The notes beneath the pieces are model-generated. The model searched no databases and had not been told where the DNA came from. It saw only the letters and a list, made by a program, of their open reading frames with translations. The translations under genes and the position numbers were made by a program. A stretch of 53,791 bases of DNA. Source: Alphaproteobacteria bacterium (GTDB taxonomy: Bacteria; Pseudomonadota; Alphaproteobacteria; Micavibrionales; UBA1664). Positions 16,408-23,957 of this stretch are shown one piece after another (the first letter of the stretch is position 1; the number at the start of each line of letters is the position of its first letter). The stretch spans positions 1 to 53,791 of the forward strand of contig JAMIFL010000159.1 of NCBI GenBank assembly GCA_035906295.1, in the 5' to 3' direction.

Positions 16408-17202
16408 ATGACCGTTGATGCAGAACGGGCATGGGCAGAACGGGCATGGATTGAGCAGGTGCTGCATCATGCCGCGGATTTTGTCATCGACCTGAATGAA
16501 CGAAACCTGCGGGAACGTCGTCTGAACGATCCCTACAGCCGTTTCTGGCAAACCATGCCCGCCTGTCCCGGCACAGAAGACCGGGACGATTCCACCACCA
16601 CCAGCTACGCCTTTCGCAAACACGCGACCGATCAGGACTGGCAACGCCTGCTGCAAAATCAGGCGGCTGCGGCACAGGCGATGGACGCGGATATCCTGGC
16701 CATCGATGGTGAGAGCATAGAGGGCCTGCGTGCCGTGGCTGTGGCGCGCAGAATAAGAAAACCGGAAAGAAGGCCGTGGTTTCCCGACGGCCTGTTCGAC
16801 CGTGTTAAAGATAGGCCCGCATTCTTCGCGCAGAACCCGAAACTCCACGGCATCGTCAATTTCATGCCGTTGGCGCGTGCGCATGCGCAATCCTGCGAAT
16901 GGAAAAACTGGCAGGATTTTTGCCATTCTTTCGCGGGCCATCTGGAACAGCACAATGTCGATATGACGCACGGCATCGTGGGGCGTTTGCTGGGAGGCGG
17001 CATCACGCTGGGCCCGCGCCCCGATACTACGCACCTGATTGAAGCCAGGCCCTTGCCGGTGGATGACATCAAACCGGCATCGCGCCTGAACGAGGTTTAT
17101 GCCGAGGCCACCGAGCGCCCGAAACGCGGCGACCGCCGTGTTACCGGCGGTCGCGCTAAGAAGGGGCCGCAAAAACCGGCCCTGTGGAAGCCCAAGGTTT
17201 AG
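16408..17202 (+). CDS. hypothetical protein
   Basis: I use the internal start (MTVDAERAW, ATG at 16408, 5 nt after the previous stop) of ORF 16366..17202. 264 aa with a basic C-terminal tail (KRGDRRVTGGRAKKGPQKPALWKPKV). I recognise no family. Confidence 0.55.
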   Translation: MTVDAERAWAERAWIEQVLHHAADFVIDLNERNLRERRLNDPYSRFWQTMPACPGTEDRDDSTTTSYAFRKHATDQDWQRLLQNQAAAAQAMDADILAIDGESIEGLRAVAVARRIRKPERRPWFPDGLFDRVKDRPAFFAQNPKLHGIVNFMPLARAHAQSCEWKNWQDFCHSFAGHLEQHNVDMTHGIVGRLLGGGITLGPRPDTTHLIEARPLPVDDIKPASRLNEVYAEATERPKRGDRRVTGGRAKKGPQKPALWKPKV

Positions 17203-17828
17203 GCGGCGGCTTTATACTCGACCTCTTCCGCCTGAAGCGCCGCCTGGTAGGCCGGGCGGTTGCTGATGTCTTTCAGCAGGCGCTTGGCGTTGGGGCCGAT
17301 ATTGACGGGCTTCGGCATCTTGCCGGTCCAGTTGGCGATGACCGTCAGCAGGATGTCGCCCACCGTCACCTGATCGCCCGCGAGGTATTTCGACTGGCCG
17401 AGGCGGGTTTCCACGTCATCCCACAGCGTCTGGATTTTTTTGACCGCGAACGCCGCGACGGCATCCTGCACGCCCGAATCGTCCGACACGCGCCTGACGC
17501 TGAACCCGAGGCTGTAGGCCGGGTGCATGGTGGCGTTGCCGAAGCACAGCCATTCGATGGCGAGGTCGCGCGCGGGGCCTGATTGCGGCATCAGCGCGGA
17601 TTTATGCTTGTCGGCGAGATGCATGAGAATGGCGGCGCCTTCGCGGATGATGTGGTCGTCGTCCACCAGCACCGGCACCTGGTGGCGCGGATTGACCTGC
17701 AGCAGCGCCGCGTCTTTTTCCGGCCCGTGAAGGTTGACGCGTTTCAGTTCGACTTCCTGCTTCAGTTCGTTGAGCAGCACATGCACCGCCATCGAGCAGG
17801 CGCCGGGGGAATAATAGAGCGTGTACAT
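17199..17828 (-). CDS. glutathione S-transferase
   Basis: The ATG at 17828 (MYTLYYSPGACS) is preceded by AAGGAG. It has an N-terminal thioredoxin-like GST domain (VNPRHQVPVLVDDD..IREGAAI) and a helical C-terminal domain. Confidence 0.9.
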   Translation of the reverse strand: MYTLYYSPGACSMAVHVLLNELKQEVELKRVNLHGPEKDAALLQVNPRHQVPVLVDDDHIIREGAAILMHLADKHKSALMPQSGPARDLAIEWLCFGNATMHPAYSLGFSVRRVSDDSGVQDAVAAFAVKKIQTLWDDVETRLGQSKYLAGDQVTVGDILLTVIANWTGKMPKPVNIGPNAKRLLKDISNRPAYQAALQAEEVEYKAAA

Positions 17829-17944
17829 CGGTATCTCCTTCACGGGTTCAAAAGGGCCGACAGATTAACCCCGATTGCCCCGAAAGCCACAACGCGGAAA
17901 TTTATAAACTTTATTTTTATAAATTATCGTCTTATAACACATCT

Positions 17945-18874
17945 ATGAAAAATAAGACCTTTGCCGTGATCGGTCACCGGGGCATGGGCGCGTCGTCGCG
18001 CGCAGCCGCGCAGCGCGACCGTGTCGAATACCCCGAGAACACGCTGCTGTCGTTCGAGACCGCCCTGCTGAACGGGGCCGACGGCATCGAATTCGATGTG
18101 CACCTGAGTCGCGACGGCGTGCCCGTCGTCATCCACGACAAGGACATGGAACGCATCGTGCCGCCGCATCGCAACCTTGGCCGCGTCTTCCGCGACGTGT
18201 CCGACATGGACGTGGCGGAGCTGCGCTCCTTCGTGCTGGGGCGCGGACAGGTCATCCCGCTTTTGTGCGACGTGCTGTCATTATGCGCGCGGTTCAAAAA
18301 ATGCGCCAAACGGTGTGACAAACCCGCGCCGGTCGTGAACATCGAACTCAAGCGCGGCGAGGCGGCGCAGGCGACGCACGACACGCTTAAACCTTATCTC
18401 GACCGCAAGCAGCTTTCGGTCGACAACGTGGTTTTCTGTTCGTTCGAGTGGGAGGCGCTGGCCGCACTTAAAAAACTCAACCCGGAATACAAGGTCAGCC
18501 CCTCGCTGAAAACGGCGCGCATTTTCGGCAAGGACAAGGTGGTGATGCCGGATTATTACGTCTCGCCGCAGGCGCGCTGCCAGCCTTCCGTGTTCGTAGA
18601 AATCGCCAACCTGCGTAAGACTCTGGGCTTCGATACGGTCGATCTCGTCATTCAGGACGTGCGGCGCGAATTCATCGAATTCTGCCAGAAAACGGACCTC
18701 GGCCTTTATATCTCCGTCTCCGCCTTCAAGCCCAAGATGGGGCCGATAGAACCCGTGTTCCAACGCCTCGACGCGCTGAACAAAATTCTGCCAGAGGTAA
18801 GCTTCAAGGCCGACCGGCCCGAGCGTGTCCACGCATGGCGCCGGAAACGCGCCCGCTTTACGCCGGGTTCCTGA
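17945..18874 (+). CDS. glycerophosphodiester phosphodiesterase family protein
   Basis: 309-aa ORF with GDPD motifs [21 protein letters not shown], and [22 protein letters not shown]. Confidence 0.85.
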   Translation: MKNKTFAVIGHRGMGASSRAAAQRDRVEYPENTLLSFETALLNGADGIEFDVHLSRDGVPVVIHDKDMERIVPPHRNLGRVFRDVSDMDVAELRSFVLGRGQVIPLLCDVLSLCARFKKCAKRCDKPAPVVNIELKRGEAAQATHDTLKPYLDRKQLSVDNVVFCSFEWEALAALKKLNPEYKVSPSLKTARIFGKDKVVMPDYYVSPQARCQPSVFVEIANLRKTLGFDTVDLVIQDVRREFIEFCQKTDLGLYISVSAFKPKMGPIEPVFQRLDALNKILPEVSFKADRPERVHAWRRKRARFTPGS

Positions 18875-19883
18875 TAAGGAAGCTCGTATCCCCGTAGGAA
18901 TAAAAACGATAGCCGGACGCGATGGCGTGCGCATAGGCCGCAAGCATGCGTTCGCGCCCCGCGAAGGCGGATACCAGCATCAGCAGCGTGGACCGCGGCA
19001 AATGGAAATTGGTCATCAGCACGTCCACCGCTTTGAACCTGTATCCGGGCGTGATGAAAATGCGCGTCTCGCGCGTTCCCGCATGCACGATGCCGGTGTC
19101 GTCCGCCGCGCTCTCAAGCGTTCGTAAAGACGTGGTGCCCACCGCGATGACGCGCCCGCCCGCGCGGCGCGCATCGTTGATGGCGTGGGCGGCTTCCTCG
19201 GTCACATGCGTCCATTCCGCGTGCATGATGTGGTCGTCGGTGTCATCCGCCTTCACCGGCAGGAACGTGCCTGCGCCCACATGCAGCGTGACATGCACGC
19301 GGGTCGCGCCCGCGGCGTCGATGGCCTTCAGTAAATCGGGCGTAAAGTGCAGCCCCGCCGTGGGGGCCGCGACGGAACCGGGATGCTCGGCATAGGCGGT
19401 CTGATAGTCGGACTTGTCCTGCGCCCCGGCGCGGCGCTGCATGTAGGGGGGCAGGGGCATTTCGCCGTATTTGTCGAGCATGGCGAACAGATCGTCGCAC
19501 TGGAAATCCAGCAGCACCTGCCCGTCTTCCCCACGCTCGCCCACGATGGCGGTGAAATCCGGCGCGAAGGTCACCACGTGGCCCGGCTTCAGGCGCTTGG
19601 CGGGCCTGGCGAAACACAGCCACTGGTTGCCCGAAACGGCTTGATGCAGCAGGCATTCCACCGCAACCTCCCCGCGCGTGCCGCGCAGGCGGGCGGGAAT
19701 GACGCGCGTGTCGTTGAACACCATCACGTCGCCCGGGCGCAGCAGGGAAGGGATGTCGCGCACATGCTTGTCCAGCAGCGCATCGGGCGCGACGTGCAGA
19801 AGTTTTGCAGATTCGCGCGGGGAAGCGGGCGTGGTCGCGATGCTGCTGTCAGGCAGGTCGAAATCGAACAGGTCGACGCGCAT
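18858..19883 (-). CDS. queA: S-adenosylmethionine:tRNA ribosyltransferase-isomerase
   Basis: 341-aa ORF. It has the typical QueA N-terminus [17 protein letters not shown], plus [16 protein letters not shown] and [11 protein letters not shown]. Confidence 0.95.
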   Translation of the reverse strand: MRVDLFDFDLPDSSIATTPASPRESAKLLHVAPDALLDKHVRDIPSLLRPGDVMVFNDTRVIPARLRGTRGEVAVECLLHQAVSGNQWLCFARPAKRLKPGHVVTFAPDFTAIVGERGEDGQVLLDFQCDDLFAMLDKYGEMPLPPYMQRRAGAQDKSDYQTAYAEHPGSVAAPTAGLHFTPDLLKAIDAAGATRVHVTLHVGAGTFLPVKADDTDDHIMHAEWTHVTEEAAHAINDARRAGGRVIAVGTTSLRTLESAADDTGIVHAGTRETRIFITPGYRFKAVDVLMTNFHLPRSTLLMLVSAFAGRERMLAAYAHAIASGYRFYSYGDTSFLIRNPA

Positions 19884-19884
19884 G

Positions 19885-20985
19885 TTACACGCGCGGCAGT
19901 TCAGGGACGCTGTCGTCCGCCTGCTTGCGGTCGGTGTGGCTCCACTCCATCACCAGCGCGTAGGCGACGGCCAGCAGCGTGGGGCCGATGAACAGCCCGA
20001 TGAACCCGAACGCGATAAGCCCGCCGAACACGCCGAGAATGACCAGCGGCAAAGGCAGGTTGGAACCGAGCGAGATGAAGTACGGGCGGATGATGTTGTC
20101 CACCCCGCTGATGATGAGCAGGCCCCAGATGCCCATGAAGATGCCCGCGCCCGTCATGCCTTCCGACAGAAGCCAGATGGTGGCCGGAACCCAGATGACC
20201 GGCGGCCCCATGGGAATGAACGACATAAGCAGCGTGATGAGGCCGAGGAACGTGGCCCCCGGCACGCCCGCAAGCCAGAAGCCGATGCCCGCCAGCGCCC
20301 CCTGCGCCAGCGCGGTGCCGAGCACGCCGTAAACCACGCCGATGACCGTTTTCTTGGAGACCGCCAGCAAATGCTGCCCGCGCGGACCCACGAACTTGGT
20401 GATAAGGGTGCTGACCCGGTGCGCCACCGCGATGCCGTGGCGGAAGAAGAAGAACGCGATGAGCACGCCGAGCGACAAATCGAGCATGCCCTGCCCGATG
20501 GCCTTGCCCGTGGCGATGAGCTTGGGCGCCAGATGCGCCTTGAGCGCGGCGCCCTCCTGCAGCGGCTGGGCGACATAGTCGTTCCAGATGCCGTCGAGGT
20601 AAGGGCCGATCAAAGGCAGCTCGTGCAGCCATGCCGGCATTTCGCCGGGACCGTTGATGATGGGTTCGAGCACGACGGAATAAAGCCGCCCGAAATTATC
20701 CGCGAGGCTGGAGCCGAGGAACGTCAGCGGCACGAGAAAACACACCGCCAGCAGCAGCGTCATCAGAAGCGCCGCCAGCGTACGGCGGCCGTTCAGCCGG
20801 TCCTTGATCCATGTAAACGCGGGCCATGTCGACAGCGTGAAGATGATGGCCAGCAGGAACGCCGGGATGAACGGTTGCAGGATGACGAGACAGCCCCACA
20901 AAATCAGCGCGACGCCCACCACCGTAATCAGGGTACGGTAGACGGTCTCACGGTTGAGGCTTTCAATATCGAAACGGACGGCCAT
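19885..20985 (-). CDS. AI-2E family transporter (PerM/UPF0118-like permease)
   Basis: 366-aa polytopic membrane ORF. The C-terminal region [23 protein letters not shown] is typical of the family. Confidence 0.88.
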   Translation of the reverse strand: MAVRFDIESLNRETVYRTLITVVGVALILWGCLVILQPFIPAFLLAIIFTLSTWPAFTWIKDRLNGRRTLAALLMTLLLAVCFLVPLTFLGSSLADNFGRLYSVVLEPIINGPGEMPAWLHELPLIGPYLDGIWNDYVAQPLQEGAALKAHLAPKLIATGKAIGQGMLDLSLGVLIAFFFFRHGIAVAHRVSTLITKFVGPRGQHLLAVSKKTVIGVVYGVLGTALAQGALAGIGFWLAGVPGATFLGLITLLMSFIPMGPPVIWVPATIWLLSEGMTGAGIFMGIWGLLIISGVDNIIRPYFISLGSNLPLPLVILGVFGGLIAFGFIGLFIGPTLLAVAYALVMEWSHTDRKQADDSVPELPRV

Positions 20986-21026
20986 GCCCCCATCATAGGG
21001 GCTGGACTATTGGGCGTAAAGCGCAA

Positions 21027-21093
21027 CCGCGCCGTCAGGCGCAAAAGCAAGCCACGCCGTCAGGCGTAAAACCGAACCACGCCGTCAGGCGTA
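21027..21093. repeat. three tandem copies (period 25 bp) of a hairpin-containing unit
   Basis: ccgcgccgtcaggcgca lies at 21027-21043. ccacgccgtcaggcgta lies at 21052-21068 and again, identical, at 21077-21093. Each unit has the core palindrome CGCC-GTCA-GGCG. The third copy encodes the last codons and the stop of ORF 21085..21768. Confidence 0.85.
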
Positions 21094-21768
21094 GAGTTCA
21101 ACCGAAAGCGGGTCGCCCGCCACGGTGCTCATGATGGCGCCCATGGAATTGTATTTCTTCTCGGTCCGGCTGATTTCGATGGTGCTGGGCTTGCCCGCGC
21201 TGTCCATGCCCAGGGTCATGGCGGCGCTGGTGGCGGTGCCGCCCTGCACGTTGGAAACGGTCAGGCTGACCGGCTTGCCATTATCGTACTGCACCGTCGC
21301 GGTCAGCCGCTGGCCGTTGCCGGACAGGGTGAAGGACTGGCGCTGCCCGCGGACATAGCTGCTGGTCATGTTGTCGAACCCGGCGTCGCGCGTGACCCCG
21401 GACATGTTGTCGATGATTTTGTCGATGCCCTTGAGCAGGTTTTGCGCGTCTTCCGAGAGTTTGTCGGTGTCGATGCCGTTGGATTCGAAGAACTTGGCGA
21501 TGAAATCCGTGGCGCCCGCCTTGGCCGATTTGCCGCCATCCGCATCCCCCGTGCCGCCGGTGGCGGCGGCGCCCTGCGTCGCCAGCATGGCCTGTGCCTG
21601 CGCGGAAAGGCTGATGGTGTCGCCAAGGCCCATGCCGCTGTCGGTCGCGGCCAGGTACCCCGCAAGCGAAGAGGTGGTCGAGGTTGCGATCTGCGCTGCC
21701 GAAGCGCCGTTTTTCTCAAGGTAATTCACAAGGCTGGGCATCTGCATCAGCGATGAAATGGACGTCAT
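21085..21768 (-). CDS. hypothetical protein
   Basis: 227-aa ORF. The N-terminal third is Ser/Thr/Ala/Gly-rich. The C-terminal half is beta-rich in appearance (FTLSGNGQRLTATVQYDNGKPVSLTVSNVQGG). I recognise no family. Confidence 0.55.
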   Translation of the reverse strand: MTSISSLMQMPSLVNYLEKNGASAAQIATSTTSSLAGYLAATDSGMGLGDTISLSAQAQAMLATQGAAATGGTGDADGGKSAKAGATDFIAKFFESNGIDTDKLSEDAQNLLKGIDKIIDNMSGVTRDAGFDNMTSSYVRGQRQSFTLSGNGQRLTATVQYDNGKPVSLTVSNVQGGTATSAAMTLGMDSAGKPSTIEISRTEKKYNSMGAIMSTVAGDPLSVELYA

Positions 21769-21832
21769 TTTATGGCCTCTCCTGTTGGCCGGTGCGACCG
21801 GCTTCAGGACACCATTGCAAGAACCGGGCCAA

Positions 21833-22600
21833 TCAGGGCCGGTAAGGCGCGTCCGTCATGCCGATACGCCCGATAAAGGGCAGTTTCAGCGCCGGGCGCA
21901 GTACGTCCACCCCGAAACTGAAGCCGAGGATGTTGACCTCGACCCCGTCCGCGATGCCCGCCGTGGCGCCCAGCACGCCGAACAGCGATATTTGATAGCC
22001 CGTGCCGCTTTCCGACCGGGCGAAGAAATCGCCTTGCCCAAGCCAGTCGCGCCCGATGGCGTTGGCGGGCAGTTCCACCCCCAGCTCCGGCACCGCGCGC
22101 ACGACGTGCGACACGAACGTGTTGCTGTTCGGCCCCGGCCAGATGCGATACGCCTGCGGATACGGATAGCTTGCAACCGCCGCGCGGATTTTGGGAATGG
22201 CGGCCTCCGCCTCCTCGCCGACAAGGCTTTCAATCAGATGCGGTTTCGCGCCGAACCATGCGCGGTCCGGCACGTCGTCCTGCGCCATCACGCTGCCGCC
22301 GCCCCGGCGCAGGTTCCAGCCCGCGACCTGATAGGTGGTGTAATGGCCCGCGCCCTTTTCCTTGACCGCGACCCAGCAATGCAGCGAAAACCACCCGCGC
22401 CAGTTGATGGCGCGCGCGCCGTAAACCTGCACCACGGCACGGCTCTCCTGCGCCGGTAGCGGGGCAATGCCCGCGCTTTCCCGCGACGCGGTGCGCCAGT
22501 CCGTGCTGGTCAGGATTCCGACCGTAACAATCGCCGCCAGAATAACGGCCCCGCCGATGAAGGATGACAGATGCATGCCGCCATCATGGCAAACTTGCAT
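21833..22600 (-). CDS. DUF3750-like membrane-anchored protein
   Basis: 255-aa ORF, or 247 aa from the alternative start at 22576. It has one N-terminal TM helix. The motif YRIWPGPNSNTFVSHVVRAVPELGVELPANAIGRDWL matches my memory of the DUF3750 hallmark WPGPNSNTF. Confidence 0.7.
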   Translation of the reverse strand: MQVCHDGGMHLSSFIGGAVILAAIVTVGILTSTDWRTASRESAGIAPLPAQESRAVVQVYGARAINWRGWFSLHCWVAVKEKGAGHYTTYQVAGWNLRRGGGSVMAQDDVPDRAWFGAKPHLIESLVGEEAEAAIPKIRAAVASYPYPQAYRIWPGPNSNTFVSHVVRAVPELGVELPANAIGRDWLGQGDFFARSESGTGYQISLFGVLGATAGIADGVEVNILGFSFGVDVLRPALKLPFIGRIGMTDAPYRP

Positions 22601-22642
22601 GACTTAAAAAAGGCGACAATACCGCGCGACCGCCCTAGATGA

Positions 22643-23488
22643 ATGGCCATGAACCACATCATACGCACAGGGCTTGCGTGTATCATGGCCCTGTGCGCGG
22701 CGGCCTGCACGCAACTGGGCTTCGCCGCCGCCAACGCGCCGGGGCTGCGTGACGTGGCAGCGGCTAACGATGTCATGTTCGACAAGGCGCACGCTTTGGC
22801 GCTCGATGTCTATGCCCCCAAAAGCCATGCGGATGCCTTGCCCGTGATTGTCTTCATCCATGGCGGCCGCTGGCAGTCGGGCGATAAGGGCGATTACGCC
22901 TTCGCGGGCGCGGCACTGGCCCGGCAGGGCTTCGTCGTCGTTATTCCCGACTACCGCAAATACCCCGACGTGAAATTCCCGGCCTTCGTCGACGACGCGG
23001 CCCGCGCAGTTGAATGGGCGCACGAAAACATCGCGCCCTACGGCGGTGACCCTGCGCGCCTTTTCGTGGCCGGTCACTCATCCGGCGCGCATGTGGGCGC
23101 GTTGCTGGCCGCCGATGAACGGTATGTACCGCGCGGTATCATCAAGGGGTTCGCCGGTCTGGCGGGTCCCTATGCCTTTACCCCCGACGAACCGGATTTG
23201 CAGGACATGTTCGGCCCGCCGCAAAACTACCCGGCCATGCAGGTCACCCGTTTCATTGACGGTCGGGAACCGCCGATGCTGCTGCTCTACGGCACCGCCG
23301 ATAAAGCCGTGGCACCCTACAACCTCGAACGCCTCGTAACCGCCGTTCACGCCAAGGGCGGGCAGGTCGAAACCATCCTCTACCCCGATGTCACCCACAC
23401 CGGCATCATCGCGGGATTAAGCTGGTTCAGGCGCGGCAACCCGCCCGTGGCGCAGGATATGGCCCGGTTCTTCAAAGCGGTGAAATAA
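22643..23488 (+). CDS. alpha/beta hydrolase (esterase, fold-3 type), probably exported
   Basis: 281-aa ORF. It has an N-terminal signal or lipoprotein-like sequence (IMALCAAAC), an oxyanion region FIHGGRWQSGDK and the nucleophile elbow GHSSGAH. Confidence 0.85.
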   Translation: MAMNHIIRTGLACIMALCAAACTQLGFAAANAPGLRDVAAANDVMFDKAHALALDVYAPKSHADALPVIVFIHGGRWQSGDKGDYAFAGAALARQGFVVVIPDYRKYPDVKFPAFVDDAARAVEWAHENIAPYGGDPARLFVAGHSSGAHVGALLAADERYVPRGIIKGFAGLAGPYAFTPDEPDLQDMFGPPQNYPAMQVTRFIDGREPPMLLLYGTADKAVAPYNLERLVTAVHAKGGQVETILYPDVTHTGIIAGLSWFRRGNPPVAQDMARFFKAVK

Positions 23489-23494
23489 AGAGGA

Positions 23495-23523
23495 AAATGG
23501 TGCCGTTGAAAGGATTTGAACCT
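23495..23523 (-). pseudogene. orphan tRNA-Thr 3'-end fragment (duplicate of 23627-23655)
   Basis: aaatggtgccgttgaaaggatttgaacct is identical over 29 nt to the CCA, acceptor and T-arm end of the intact tRNA-Thr plus 3 flanking nt. It then diverges. No D or anticodon arm is present. Confidence 0.85.
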
Positions 23524-23629
23524 CGTTGCGCTTGGCGCAATAAACACCTCGTCGCGCTTGGCGCGACAAACATATACGTTTGAAGGTCCAAAACCTTTCA
23601 ACGCGATGCATTGGAAATGAAGAGAGAAA

Positions 23630-23704
23630 TGGTGCCGTTGAAAGGATTTGAACCTTCGACCCTCGCATTACGAATGCGATGCTCTACCCCTGAGCTACAA
23701 CGGC
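23630..23704 (-). tRNA. tRNA-Thr (anticodon CGU)
   Basis: The reverse complement is GCCGTTG-TA-GCTC-AGGGGTA-GAGC-A-TCGCA-TTCGTAA-TGCGA-GGGTC-GAAGG-TTCAAAT-CCTTT-CAACGGC-A-CCA. 75 nt, anticodon CGT. Confidence 0.93.
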
Positions 23705-23825
23705 ACATGTCGTGGGACACGAACGGGGTATTTCTTAAGGTTTTTCGGCTGGGGATGCAACATCCCAATGGGGCCTTTGCCAAAATTCGTTGATTTTTGC
23801 GCGGCCATGGCCTAACTCTGCCCCC

Positions 23826-23920
23826 GGGAAGCCGGTGGCGGGCGAATGCGTCGCTAACCCGGTCAGGTCCGAAAGGAAGCAGCCGTAACGATTTTGCTTC
23901 GGGTCGCTATCCGGTTTCCT
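23826..23920 (+). ncRNA. ffs: signal recognition particle RNA (small bacterial 4.5S type)
   Basis: It contains the near-invariant domain IV sequence GGTCAGGTCCGAAAGGAAGCAGCC, compared with E. coli 4.5S GGUCAGGUCCGGAAGGAAGCAGCC. It is closed by the long-range pairing GGAAGCCGG (23827-23835) with CCGGTTTCC (23911-23919). Inner pairings are GGCG..CGAA with TTCG..TCGC. The ends are approximate to within a few nt. Confidence 0.85.
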
Positions 23921-23957
23921 ACTTAATCTTCCAAAAAATCAGAAAATTTCAGGGAAT

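Noticed and set aside
11851-17200. Genomic island integrated at tRNA-Arg(CCG)
   Set aside because: I looked downstream for a direct repeat of the tRNA-Arg 3' end and for an integrase and found neither. The composition looks native. The idea is kept only as context for the CDPS-like locus.
19678-21069. 463-aa plus-strand ORF spanning queA and the AI-2E transporter gene
   Set aside because: It is antisense to two confidently identified genes. It is Arg/Asp/Glu/Gln-rich low-complexity sequence.
23417-23793. ORFs 23417..23668, 23598..23783 and 23611..23793
   Set aside because: They overlap the tRNA-Thr gene and its fragments. Their translations contain tRNA-derived sequence and have no coding bias.
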